A stretch of 64,000 bases of DNA, from NCBI RefSeq assembly GCF_006345805.1, contig NC_043001.1, positions 35,216,001 through 35,280,000 of the forward strand. The letters are read 5' to 3'. The notes under the pieces were generated by a model. It searched no databases. It was not told the origin of the DNA and was given only the letters and a program-made list of their open reading frames with translations. The position numbers and the translations under genes are program-made. Source of the stretch: Octopus sinensis (taxonomy: Eukaryota). Positions 1-11,797 of the stretch are shown here, piece by piece. Every line of letters begins with the position of its first letter. Position 1 is the first letter of the stretch.

Positions 1-599
1 ATTGATTCAATATAGAAATAACGAACTTTTAAAAAAATTTCGATTCCAGTTCTTCGTGTTTTTCTGTAGCAAGTAAATAATATGTGGAAATTGACGATTT
101 AAAAGTCTGTTATCAGCATATTGGCATAGAAATAATTTTCTTTAGCCCTTATTTATAAGTTGTTTATAATTTTAACCTTAAAGGTATTTTAATATGCTGC
201 CACATTTTTTGATGGAATTTTTTTCTGTAAAAAACTTCATCCTATATTAGTAGTAGACATTACTATTCGCTATAGGACTGGTAACCACTATAAGGTGTAG
301 TGGAGAACAGTTCCCACGTGTGTCGGCTTTTTTCCATGGGCGCATGTAAGAATCTTGTTTATATCCTTTCGTATTTTCTACTGAAGAGGCAAAAAATCTA
401 TTATGAGATTAATTCCGAAATTAATTCAATATAGAAATAACGAACTTTTTAAAAAAATTCTATTGGCTGGCTTTCCTCGATTTCAGCTCTTCGTGTTTTC
501 TGTAGCGAGTAAATAATATGTGGAAATTAACGATTTAAAAGTCTGTTATCAGCATATTCGCATAGAAATAATTTTCTTTATCCCTTATTTATAAGTTGT
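1..599 (+). mobile_element. Penelope-like element terminus with tandem direct repeat (pseudo-LTR), ending in (TA)n
   Basis: 1-163 is repeated at about 420-599 with few differences. An HHR motif overlaps the start of the second copy, and (TA)n follows at 601. Confidence 0.6.
375..437 (+). ncRNA. Type I hammerhead ribozyme motif
   Basis: TTTCTA, CTGAAGA (381-387), GG..AATCT/AGATT..CC, GAAA (417-420), short stem III, AUA triplet, then TAGAAA pairing with TTTCTA. The other repeat copy has a fully paired stem III (ATTG/CAAT). Confidence 0.7.
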
Positions 600-623
600 A
601 CATATATATATATATATATCTTA

Positions 624-948
624 GCACTCCGTCGATTACGACAACGAGGGTCCCAGCTAATATAAGATCAATGGAACAGTTTGCTCGTGAAATTAACGTG
701 TAAGTGGCTGAGTAATCCACAGACACGTGTACCCCGGACGTAGTACACAGGAAGATTCAGCGTGACACAGGGTGTGACAAGGTTGGCCCGTTTGAAATAC
801 AGGTACAACTCATTTTTGCCAGCTGAGTGGACTGGAGCGACGTGAAATAAGGTGTCTTGCTCAAGAACACAACTCGTTCCCCGAATTTGAACTCATCACC
901 TTACAATTGTGAGACCAATGCCCTATCCACTGAGCCACGCGCCTTCAC
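624..948 (-). mobile_element. tRNA-derived SINE, family C
   Basis: The minus strand starts with an A-box-like GGCGCGTGGCTCAGTGG and a B-box-like GAGTTCAAATTC, followed by GTGTTCTTGAGCAAGACAC. The body matches 56044-56230. Confidence 0.8.
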
Positions 949-2332
949 AACACACGCACACACACGCACGCACACATACCCCCCCCCCCCCCCATATATA
1001 TGAAAGCATACGTCATTCCTTTGGTTAATGATGAGTGGGGCTTTTTGTATTGCATTAAATTTATGACTTTAATGCGTTGCATTTAGATTTTAAGTGCTGA
1101 AGAAAAATTCTCCGTCGTGTCCATCCAATTATATGAAAGCGAAATAATTAAGAAGTTACTTAATATCAGGTTTTGATTAGATATATTAAGAAAAGTAAAT
1201 TTTTAATTCATTTTAATTACAAGGTATATTCTTAACTGATGTCTAAATCTGAAATTATTAAAATCTAATGTGATATTTTAATTTCTATATGATTAAAATC
1301 ATTAGAGACGGAGTGTATGATTAAATTAAGTTTGATACATATATTGACACTACAGTACATCTATGCATATATGTACGTACGTATGTATGTATGTATGTAT
1401 GTATGTATGTATATATCTATATATGTATGTATTATGTGTATGTGTTGTGTTCGCATTCATGTTTGTTTTGTGTGTGCTCAACTAACTAAAATCTATTTTA
1501 AAACATACAAGCTGGCTGGTTAGATGAAAAGCTTCATGGAAGCAATTATGATGATGTTGAATGGAGGTTTATACAGAGATCACACAGAGTCGCATACACA
1601 CACACACACACACGCACGCACAGACACACACTCACACACACACAAACGCTCGCACGCATACTCCCACACACATATATCTACATATATGAATTAAATTTAT
1701 CGCAATAGTGACAATCCCAAGATAGCACTTCGTATCCCACGACAGAATTAATTACAGTATGTTTACAGATAAGCATCTAAAAATATGGGGGAACATCATA
1801 ACCTATACGTATAGCTATTGAAATAAATATCGGTATGGGAGTCCAGACTTTGAGATATCATAATTTCATAAAGTACACAGAGAAAAATCAGGGCAATGAA
1901 AGAATTATTAATCATATTAGGATGATGCGATGTTTTACAGAAGCAAAAACAAAGAAAAACGCAACGAAACAGGGTGTATGAGTAAAAAAACAAGAATGAC
2001 GAATTCATACTCATAACAGCTATCGAAGAATAAAGGTTACCATATTAACGTAACTATATCCTCTGTTTCAAGAATGTGCTAAATATTTAATTAAATAATT
2101 GAAATGTGCAAGCGTCTATTGCTTATGATTTTTATTGTTCCATAGATTTAATATCTTCTGGTTGAGCTAATGAAAATATGTGTGTAGTTAGACATATGAA
2201 TGTATTGAGAACGACTTAATCTGATATACTGGCGCTAATACAAATATCCCTATGAGATTCCAACGTTTGTGATCTTCATCTTTCACGTGTTAGTGTATAC
2301 TTAATTATCCGTACAGTGACGGGGTCTTGTTA

Positions 2333-2370
<38 letters not shown>

Positions 2371-2704
2371 TGTTGTAGTACTGCATTCATCGATTTTCGC
2401 AAAACTAACAAATCACAAGAAAGCAAACTAAACGCTGAACAATATGGGCAATATATTCATAGACACAAGTTCTTTCACATAATAGATAAAAAATGAAACA
2501 AGACTCTAAAATGTTTTAGAAGCAGGAACTGCATAGGAATGAATAGATTAGGTTAATACAATCATTGTTATACGCATGGGAGAAGTGTAAAGTTCAAATA
2601 TATGCTTATTTCTAGAGTCAACAGGAATAACATCGCGGGACTATTTCTTAAATTCAGTTGTTTGATCAAATGTTTAAATTTGATTATTAGTATATACATA
2701 TATA

Positions 2705-3085
2705 GGCGTAGGGGTGGCTGTGTGGTAAGTAGATTGCTTACGAACTACATGATTCCCGGTTCAGTCTCACTGCGTAGCACCTTGGGCAAGTGTCTTCTAA
2801 TATAGCCTCGGGCCAACTAAAAAGCCTTGTGAGTGGATTTGGCAGACGGAAACTGAAGGAAACCCGTCGTATGTATGTATATATATATATATATGTGGTG
2901 TGTGTGTGTGTGTGTGTGTGTATGTATATGTTTGTGTGTGTCAGTGTTTGTCACCCCAACATTGCTTGACAACCGATGCTGGTGTGTTTACGCCCCGGAA
3001 CTTAGCGGTTCGGCAAATGAGACCGATAGAATAAAGACTAGGCTTACAAAGAATAAGTCCTGGGGTCGATGTAAAAGGGTAAAGA
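2705..3085 (+). mobile_element. tRNA-derived SINE, family A, with internal (TA)/(TG) microsatellite
   Basis: Head GGCGTAGG.GTGGCTGTGTGGTAAG, CORE-like ACCTTGGGCAAGTG. More than 10 related copies in the window. Tail partly deleted. Confidence 0.9.
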
Positions 3086-3316
3086 GATATACTTTTGCAT
3101 ATATATATATATACATGTGTGTGTGTGTGTTTGTGCGTGCGTTCGTGTGTACGTGTGTGTATGAGTGTTTGTGTGTGTATGTATATTCATATATACTTAT
3201 ATTCATGCATATATATATATGTATGAAAAATATATATAAAAAATATAAAATGGGACAAGAACGCAAAACACTCAAATAGACGACACAAAGACGGACGGGT
3301 CATTCGAAGCCTCTAA

Positions 3317-3389
3317 TCTTCAGTCAAGAACCGGATCATCCTTGCAATTTCGGCTGATTAATCTTGAGATCGCTCCGATCCGGCCAGCC
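3317..3389 (-). ncRNA. Candidate permuted (jumbled) hammerhead ribozyme, family 1 copy 1
   Basis: Minus strand reads GCGAU-C-UCAAGA ... CAGCC-GAAA-UUGC ... UCUUGA-CUGAAGA. Stems I and III pair fully. Confidence 0.6.
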
Positions 3390-4101
3390 CCAAGGAAAAT
3401 CTAAGCTACGAGCATTAGATTCTTGGAAAAAGGGATCAATGTATACGAACAAGGACAGAAAAAAAACGGACGATGCCACACGAATATAAATACAAACACA
3501 ATAATAGTAATGACAGGACAAAAACAGCGGGTGTCTTACGACTTTAGACAGTTGAACTTAGCTTAGCTGGCGTATTTAGAAAAAAACGATGTGGTCGCGG
3601 CGGTGCTCAGAAGCCGAAAGGCTAGTTGACCGGCGGTCACGTGAGAGGAGAAGAGAGAGAAAAAAGGGGCAAAGGAATCAAAGAGAGAGAGAGAAAAAGA
3701 GGGACAAAGGCACCAAAGGGGGGGGGGAGAAGAGGGAGAAAGAAGGAATTAAAGAGGGGAGAAGAAAGAGAGCGTGCCAAGGATTGGCTTGACGATAGAA
3801 AGGCAGGGTCAGTGAGGTGCAAAGTGAGAAAGACAGAGAAATGTGAGAGAGTGGGGGAAGAGAGGACCAAAGAATCAGAGGCGAGAAAAGAGAAAGACAG
3901 AGACTAGTGAAGTATAGAGAAAGTGTGTGTAGAAGTCGTACAAATAGTGGGATGCTTACATACATAAGATAACAAGGAGTACGTTACGCCGCAATAATAT
4001 ATGTATAAAAAAATATATATTAAAAAAATATAAAATGGGACAAGAACGCAAAACACGCAAATAGACGACACAAAAACGGACGGGTCATTCGAAGCCTCTA
4101 A

Positions 4102-4174
4102 TCTTCAGTCAAGAACCGGATCATCCTTGCAATTTCGGCTGATTAATCTTGAGATCGCTCCGATCCGGCCAGCC
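4102..4174 (-). ncRNA. Candidate permuted hammerhead ribozyme, family 1 copy 2
   Basis: Same sequence as 3317-3389, in the second direct repeat. Confidence 0.6.
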
Positions 4175-4576
4175 CCAAGGAAAAACTAAGCTACGAGCAT
4201 TAGATTTCTTGGAAAAAGAATCGAATGTATACGAAACAAGGACAGAAAAACGGACGATGCCACACGCGTCACACATACAAACAAAACAATCACAAAAACG
4301 TACATATGCGCACACACAAATGTAGCACGTGCACACGCGCACACATGAGACGTGAAACAAACCAGTGTCCTGTTTGAAAAAGAGATCACACGCTTTCAAT
4401 TTTACATGCTAAAAATCTTGCAAACAAGAATCAATCACTGAAACACTGAATATTCGTGATTCAGAAAAAACACGTATTTCATTGCATTTTATATCGAGAA
4501 CATCATTCGACGTGTCTACTAAAAATATAAATTAAGAACTTAAAATCTCATATGGTAAAAGACTGACTTATATTCA

Positions 4577-4773
4577 TTTACTTGTTTCAGTCATTTGACT
4601 GCGGCCATGCTGGAGCATCGCATTTAGTCGAGCAAATCGACCCCAGGACTTATTCTTTGGAAGCCTAGTATTTATTTTATCGTTCTCTTTTGCCGAACCG
4701 CTAAGTCAACGGGACATAAACACACTAGCATCAGTTGTGAAGCGATGTTGGGGAGACAAACACAGATACACCA

Positions 4774-4817
<44 letters not shown>

Positions 4818-4828
4818 GTATATATATA

Positions 4829-4871
<43 letters not shown>

Positions 4872-5043
4872 TACATATATACGACGGGCTTCTTTCAGTT
4901 TCCGTCTACCAATCCACTCACAAGGCTTTGGTCGGCCCGAGGCTATAGTAGAGAGGCACTTGTCCAAGGTTCCACGCAGTGGGATGTGACCCGGAACCAT
5001 TGGTGGTGGTAAGCAGCTACTTACCACACAGCACTCCTACGCC
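4577..5043 (-). mobile_element. SINE family A, full length
   Basis: Head, CORE-like motif, internal microsatellite and 3' tail CCAGCATGGCCGCAGTCAAATGACTGAAACAAGTAAA. Confidence 0.9.
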
Positions 5044-5357
5044 TCTATACGTTAAATTTATCAAGAAATATTACCCTATTACGGCAAATATTTCATTATC
5101 AAAGCAAATATTAATATTAATGTTAATACGAACTTATTACTCTACTAATGAAGTGGTCGATTTTATCTACTAGATTCAATTTGTTATGATTTTGATTGTA
5201 TTTTTTTTGCTATATTTTACAAAATAGTATGTTGTTCATAAGAAATTATTAGAAAATTAGACCTTATATGTATATATATTAACACGGGAAAGGAAATGTA
5301 AATTTGATAAAAGTAAAATGGACGCTGTCAGTTTGTTGATATCTTAGTTAAAAACTA

Positions 5358-5530
5358 GGCGGCGAGCTGGCAGAATCGTTAGTGGCCTGGCAAAATGCTT
5401 AGCCGCATTTCGTCCGTCCTTACAAAATGCCGAAGTCGACTTTGCCTTTCATCCTTGCGTGCTCGATGAAATAAGTACCATTTGAGCACTTGGTGGAAAC
5501 TTCTGGCCTCATGCCAAAATTTGAAATCAA
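5358..5530 (+). mobile_element. SINE family D, diverged
   Basis: GGCGGCGAGCTGGCAGAA head and GTCGACTTTGCCTTTCATCC domain, shared with 18352-19173. Confidence 0.75.
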
Positions 5531-7021
5531 TATCTTAGTAAGAATCACGAAAATTTTTTATTGATCTCGTTCATATTCTTTGAAAAATGCTAAAATTGCT
5601 AAAATTGCTAAAATGTAAAATAACCTCTTATTTAGAATGAAACATCGTTATTAGTTATCTGCTTTGCATGAAAATATCTAAACGATATTTACTAATAGTC
5701 AACGGACGAGTTTCTGGGATGGGGAAGTATATGAACTAGGTCTGCCAGAATTAAAAGAAATTCTTCATATCTTTTAGGAATGCAGCCCTTTCTATATTTT
5801 CTTTCGTGAGAATCCGAATATAACATAAACCTAATATTATGGTCTGACTTACGAGAAAAATACGTATTGTAATAATTGAAATAGACTGATTTCAAAGAGT
5901 ATCATGATAATAGATATTACTCTCCAAATGTCCAATATAACTTCTATCCAATATAAACTCTAGTTTTCCGTTTGAGCCTATCACTAGAAAGATCGTATCA
6001 TCCGAATCAAATAATCGTTGGAATTTCATGCAAAATCTTATGTTACAAGTACTGAATCGGAGATCTGAATACAACCAGAGAATTTCTCCGACATGTTGAC
6101 ACATGTACTCAGAAATAAGAAGTTTTCATGTAAGATATGTGAACCATAAACATACAAAGCAAATATATGCTATCTACGACATTATCTATCCATTTAGCTT
6201 GTATACATAAGTCAAGTATATCATCTATATTTATCTAATATAGATCTACATACTGTATTTATCAAATTGACGCATATCTCTTTAGCAAAATATCTATCTA
6301 CATCCTAACATGATTACAAGTTAGGGAGATGGTTTCTAAGTAGCTTGCTAGATATAGCAGTCAAACCTCATGAAAATAGGTGGAATAATTTTGTCTGAAT
6401 ACTTTATAATATAAAATTGCGATCGCAGTTAAAGAAATTAGATCCCATATTTACTCAATCATGGCAAACAAGGTGTAAAAAAATATATGCGTGTGTGTGC
6501 GTGTATGTATGTGTGTATGGGTGTGTGCGTGTGTGGAAAGGGTGTGTGTGTGAATTCATACACACATACTAATAAGAGATATATAATTACTAAAGTAAAT
6601 TACCCTTCTGTATGAAGAATACATATTTAAGTAGTAATACACACCCGCATGCACTTATGCATACTCATACACACAAGCACAAACAAGGAGTAATGTATGC
6701 TTTTTTGTAATGTGATGCATTTAAATCTGACATTAAACTGAAGAATCTAAATACTTTTTAGTAGGAAATACATTTATTAATTTTAGAAGGAAAATTTCAC
6801 AGGGGCTTCGAAGATTCGGTTTACTTGCTAACATGAGACAACCTGATGATCTGAAGTCGAATCTCTCTCTCTCTCACATACACACACACACATACACTCG
6901 TAAACACCTACTTCGATATATACGTACATACATACATACACATATATGTATGTATATATGTTGTATATATATGAGTGTGTGTATATATGTATGTATATAT
7001 ATATATATACATATATATATG

Positions 7022-7422
7022 TTTTCTTTTTTTCTTTTATTTGTTTCGAGCAAATCTACCCCAGAGCTTATTCTTTGTAGTACTTATTCTATCGGTCTTA
7101 CTCTACTGCTAGGTTACGGGGACGTAAATACACCACCATCGGTTGTCATGTGATATTGGGGGGACATAAAAAGACAAACAAACATATACACGCACATACA
7201 TACGTACATACATACATACATACATACATACACATATACATACATATATATATATATATACGACGGGCTTCTTCCAGCTTTCGTCTACCAAATCCACTCA
7301 CAAGGCTTTGGTCGGCCTGAGGCTATTGTAGAAGACACTTGACTAAGGCGCCACGCAGTGGGACTGAACCCGGAACCATGTGGTCCGTAAGCAAGCTACC
7401 TACCACACAATCACTGCTGCGT
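7022..7422 (-). mobile_element. SINE family A
   Basis: Homologous to 4577-5043. Confidence 0.85.
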
Positions 7423-8255
7423 CTACATATATATATATACTAAAGGGGAGTCCCACGTGGCGCTAATTATAGGCTGAGGGTTTCTCGGATGAATGCTCTG
7501 CTCTGTTGTACCTCTCTTATCATTTACACTATTCACTGTCCAATGACAACAGACACGAGGTAAGCTGTTGCCGTGTATCATATTTCTTTTCGACTGGGCG
7601 TATAAATTAGTAATATCCCACCACAGAAATATGATATGATAACTGTACAAATAGGACAGCAACTGTCTCATGCGTTATTCAGTTCAGATTCTCATAAATG
7701 AAAATGAGCCACATTGACTTTATTAAAACAAATCACTTACTAATATGTAATTAGGAATAAGCATTCAAAGCATGCAACTCTAATTATCAACCTTGTGTGG
7801 CATATATAAATTGTGAGGCATATAAATAAGATTGATCGAATTTAAATCGACGAAATAATATGCAGAATAAAACAAACCTAGATTTATTTGTAATTAAATT
7901 AATATAAAACAAAAAACCATCGGCACATAAATTAATTGTAATCGGCAAAAATTACAATATTGTCATGTTTTTAATAATTCAATAAAAAATATATTTATTG
8001 ATTTGCGTGTGGCTTTGTACATGAGTTTTATTTTTTTAACATCCGTGCTACTAAACTTACAACCGCGTGATATTATTATTCATAATTACAGGCTACCTGG
8101 CGTATATGTGACTTGAACACAGATAGAAATTAATAAAAGTGACAAGAGCGATGGTGTGTATAATCCCCAAGACCAACAACAAAATTATAAAGGAATAAAC
8201 AATAATAACAACCTCTTCAGTTTTATAAATATAAACATCACTAGAAGAATATTAA

Positions 8256-8463
8256 CCCATTAGCGCCCATGATATTTTTTTCAGGACCAGAAGGATAATC
8301 CATCAAATTTCTGTATTTTCTGAGATATCTTTAGATAATCGTCAAGACTAGAGTGTCTTTCAAATATTGTAATAAACAGTTTTTGATATACTTAATATCA
8401 GATTAAGTTGAATAACAAAAGATTTTGATAATAAATCAAATATAATATTTGTGCACTAGTGGG
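8256..8463. mobile_element. piggyBac-type MITE
   Basis: TTAA on both sides (8252-8255, 8464-8467), CCC...GGG termini, imperfect TIR (CCCATTAGCGCCCA versus reverse complement CCCACTAGTGCACA). Confidence 0.65.
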
Positions 8464-8875
8464 TTAATAATTGTTTGTGATTTAGGCACAAGGCTAGCAA
8501 TTATGAAGGTTCCTCATCAGTTTACACAGACATGTCAAAAGCGAACCCGTTACCTCATACTTTCCATGCCATTCTAATCCCCCTTTCAACAATTTCATGT
8601 GAGGCATAACATTTTGGTCATCCTTCACTTTCTTTTGCAGATGTAAATTGAAAAAGTCGATATGAGATTGACCAAAGAGGAAGGTGTCTCTCTCTTCAGC
8701 ACTTTCAACCTTTTCCACTATACAACCTCTGTCACATTAGCCACCAATCATCACACTGGACTCAAGCGGGAGCAACAAATCTTGGCGGTGATAATATTTC
8801 TTTGGCTTTTATCGTTGGTGTTGTTTCCTTGTGGTGTTGCTATAGCGGTGGTAATGCGTGATTTTCTGCTGGGTC

Positions 8876-9094
8876 TTGGGAATAGTATCAGAAGGAATCA
8901 AGAGGAATATAAAGGAAACTGGAATACAGTGCCCAGTAGAATTGCTACAAAAGGTTTGCCTCCTTGGCATGGCAGAATAATCAGAAAAGTATTAGATAGC
9001 TGAAAAACGAACAACACGGTACCGTAGGCTGGAGATAGTAAGCCCGCTACGTATGCAAGACTCTAGGAGCTCTAACAAAACCTGTGATAAAGAG

Positions 9095-9148
<54 letters not shown>
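8876..9148 (+). mobile_element. 3' fragment of a Dong/R4-clade non-LTR retrotransposon with (TAA)n tail
   Basis: Frameshifted translation ELLQKVCLLGMA/RIIRKVLDS* resembles the R4/Dong C-terminus. Short 3' UTR, then (AAT)n. Confidence 0.7.
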
Positions 9149-9149
<1 letters not shown>

Positions 9150-9374
9150 ATGGAACAAATATGGGCTGCAATAAGTGTGGAGCATTTGCAGAAAACAGCA
9201 CTGCTTGGAACCGCTCGAATACTCCGAAAGTTGCTCGAAAAATAAGAGGTGTTAACTTAGTTCACTGGTAGTGAACGGCTGACACTGCAGTACATCTCCA
9301 GAGTTAGAAGCTGTGCAAAGGCAATAAATAATAATGATAATAATAATAATAATAACAATAACAATAATAATAAT
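9149..9374 (+). mobile_element. Second Dong/R4-clade 3' fragment (different subfamily) with (TAA)n tail
   Basis: ISVEHLQKTALLGTARILRKLLEK* with stop at 9243-9245, inserted in and followed by (AAT)n. Confidence 0.75.
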
Positions 9375-9924
9375 TTGCCATCAAGATATCGAGTGATAAG
9401 AAAAATAGGCTAACGACAAGATGATGACATGTTTTTAAGAAGCGTAGAATATAAACTTAACAAAAGAAATTCATTTTCTTATAACGTAGATCTATTAACT
9501 GTATGCAAAGGTCTAATTATATAAGTGAAATGATAAAAAAATCTGTTCACATCCCTACTTAATTTCGATTTCCATAAACTAATTTGTATTTTTTTCCATA
9601 AACTGATTGTTATAATTTAATAGGTTATTTAAATACATTCTGTTAATGAAATCTAATTACAATTCTAACGGAAGAAGAACATCACCATGAGAATTATTAT
9701 AGATCCTCATTAGAATTCAACGAATTTTAGCCGTAGTTGTCTTGATTCTTCATGAATATATTCAGCGTGTTTTTTTAGTTTTTATTTCATTATTATGAAC
9801 TGTTTACTTATTCATATGAAATTCTTACTGAAGACGTTCCGTCCACGCTCAACTTTCTAGAAGTAAATGCTAAATCTTCCTTATTTTACACCATCCCGTC
9901 TTAAAAAGAATGTCGGATAATGCA

Positions 9925-10231
9925 TGTACGTTTGTTCGTTCTCGAGCCATGCCTTGCTCATAGGGCCGGTTTCCCGGTTTCCTTGACGTACAGGTTCCCC
10001 ACCTGGACGACACGCCGGTCCGTCTTAGGTTAGCTGCAAAATGCAGGAGGAAAGAGTAAGAAAAAGTTGTGGTGAAAGAGTCAGCAGAAGTTCGCCATTA
10101 ACCCTCTGCCGGAGCCGCGTGGAGCTTAGGTGCTTCGCTCATAAACGCACACATCACCTGGTCTGAGATTCGAACCCGCGATCCCTCGACCGCAAGTCCG
10201 TTGTTCTAACCACTAGGCCATGTGCCTCCAC
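9925..10231 (-). mobile_element. tRNA-derived SINE: family-B-like head with a different tail
   Basis: Minus-strand head GGAGGCACATGGCCTAGTGGTTAG...GGTTCGAATC and CCTAAGCTCCACGCGGCTCCGGCAG as in family B. The 3' half is unrelated to family B. Confidence 0.75.
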
Positions 10232-10826
10232 ATAATGTATGTATTTATGTATGTATGTATGCATGTATGTATGTATGTATGTATGTATGTATGTATGTAT
10301 GTATGTATGTATGTATGTTCTTTTATTCTTAAATATTTGACATTTTTTCTATAAAGAAGGAAACTTTTTCCGTACAAAGATACAAAGCCTCCTTATTGCA
10401 ATCTAGATAACTAAATATTTCACAGTTTAAACCTCACAGTCTATGAGGTTCTAGAAGCCTGCTAAATTTATAACAATTTAAATTCTAACCTAAGTAACGC
10501 AAAATTATTCACATTCACCAGGCCCAGGAATAATAGAAAGGTAATCTGTAATAATGTGAGCATGTTATAATCTCCCCTCCAATTCGCATTCAGTTCCTTA
10601 CCATCGAACAACTACCACACTAAAGCTGAACTTAACAGACCTGCATCGCATTTTAATCAAATCTCGATATATTGTTCACTGTTCATATTTTGAAGCAATT
10701 TCAAATATTTTCACCTACCTGTTGCCGCTCAGATTTCTCATTTTTGCCGATTACGAGTTGCTGAAAAGAAACGAAGTTTCAATTCAAAAAGCAGTAAGTT
10801 CGACAGTTAAGATTAAATAACATATC

Positions 10827-10864
<38 letters not shown>

Positions 10865-10891
10865 ATATATATATATATATATACATATAGG

Positions 10892-10930
<39 letters not shown>

Positions 10931-10983
10931 GTAGATAAATAGCTAGATATAATATATAATATATATATTATATATATATAGTA

Positions 10984-11065
<82 letters not shown>

Positions 11066-11094
11066 TCATCATGTTGAAGCGTTAATTTCCACAC

Positions 11095-11278
11095 ATTTTT
11101 CTCTCTTTTTTGTCTCCATTTTTTCATTCCCTCTCCGTTTTCCTCTTAAACCTTTCTGTCGAAGAGCGTAGGCTCGAAAATTAAAAGACTCTTCTATTCT
11201 TCCCGAGCGTTAAACTTATATTCCTGTTTGTTGTTCCTACAACTGTCTTCGTCATTTGCTTTCTGTAAATTTGAACTC
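11095..11278 (+). mobile_element. Penelope-like terminal fragment (family E) with variant minimal HHR
   Basis: CTTT-CTGTCGA-A-GAGC-GTAG-GCTC-GAAA-AT-TA-AAAG at 11152-11187, followed by the conserved CCCGAGCG..AAACT..CTGTCTTCGTC tail. Confidence 0.6.
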
Positions 11279-11288
11279 TCTCTCTGTC

Positions 11289-11329
<41 letters not shown>

Positions 11330-11331
<2 letters not shown>

Positions 11332-11451
11332 GATAAATCTCAGAGCGAGTTATAAACAGTAGCGGTAACACATCGTGACGCATATTTGCCATTTGAATAT
11401 GGCTAACCCTTAAGGGTGGATGCTACTGTAGTTTGTAGCCCCAGGAAGGGG

Positions 11452-11456
<5 letters not shown>
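11330..11456. mobile_element. Short (TA)n-embedded insert with terminal hairpin
   Basis: About 125 bp of unique sequence between two (TA)n tracts, ending in TAGCCCC-AGGAA-GGGGCTA. Confidence 0.4.
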
Positions 11457-11498
<42 letters not shown>

Positions 11499-11499
11499 G

Positions 11500-11797
11500 G
11501 ACTTTCCCGTCATTAGATGACGTATGATGGTTCTACAATTACTTACCGAATAACCACACAGATGATATGTTTATAGTGATCAAATGCTTGTGTACACATG
11601 AGCTCACTCCCGCCATCAAAACGACCGTATCTATACAGGTGCAATGAGAGCCACATGCCAAATGACTAAATGTTTGTAGAGCAACGTGAAATGAAAGGTT
11701 TTGCTCAAGAATTCAATAGAAGGCCCGGTCTGGGAATCGAACCAACGATCTCGCAATCGTGAGAGCAACACCTTAACCACTGAGACATGTGCCTCTA
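11500..11797 (-). mobile_element. Diverged tRNA-derived SINE
   Basis: Minus-strand head GAGGCACATGTCTCAGTGGTTAAG...GGTTCGATTCCCAGACCGGG and a TTCTTGAGCAA core. Confidence 0.6.

Larger units (their letters stand above)
3225..4265 (-). mobile_element. Penelope-like non-autonomous element: two direct repeats of about 255 bp flanking a purine-rich spacer
   Basis: About 3225-3482 is repeated at about 4010-4265 (offset 785) at high identity. Each repeat contains hammerhead core motifs, and the element lies in TA-rich sequence. Confidence 0.65.

Noticed and set aside
5692-6104. Two adjacent 67-70 aa minus-strand ORFs in non-repetitive sequence
   Set aside because: No recognisable motif or convincing splice structure. 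A BLASTX search would be needed.
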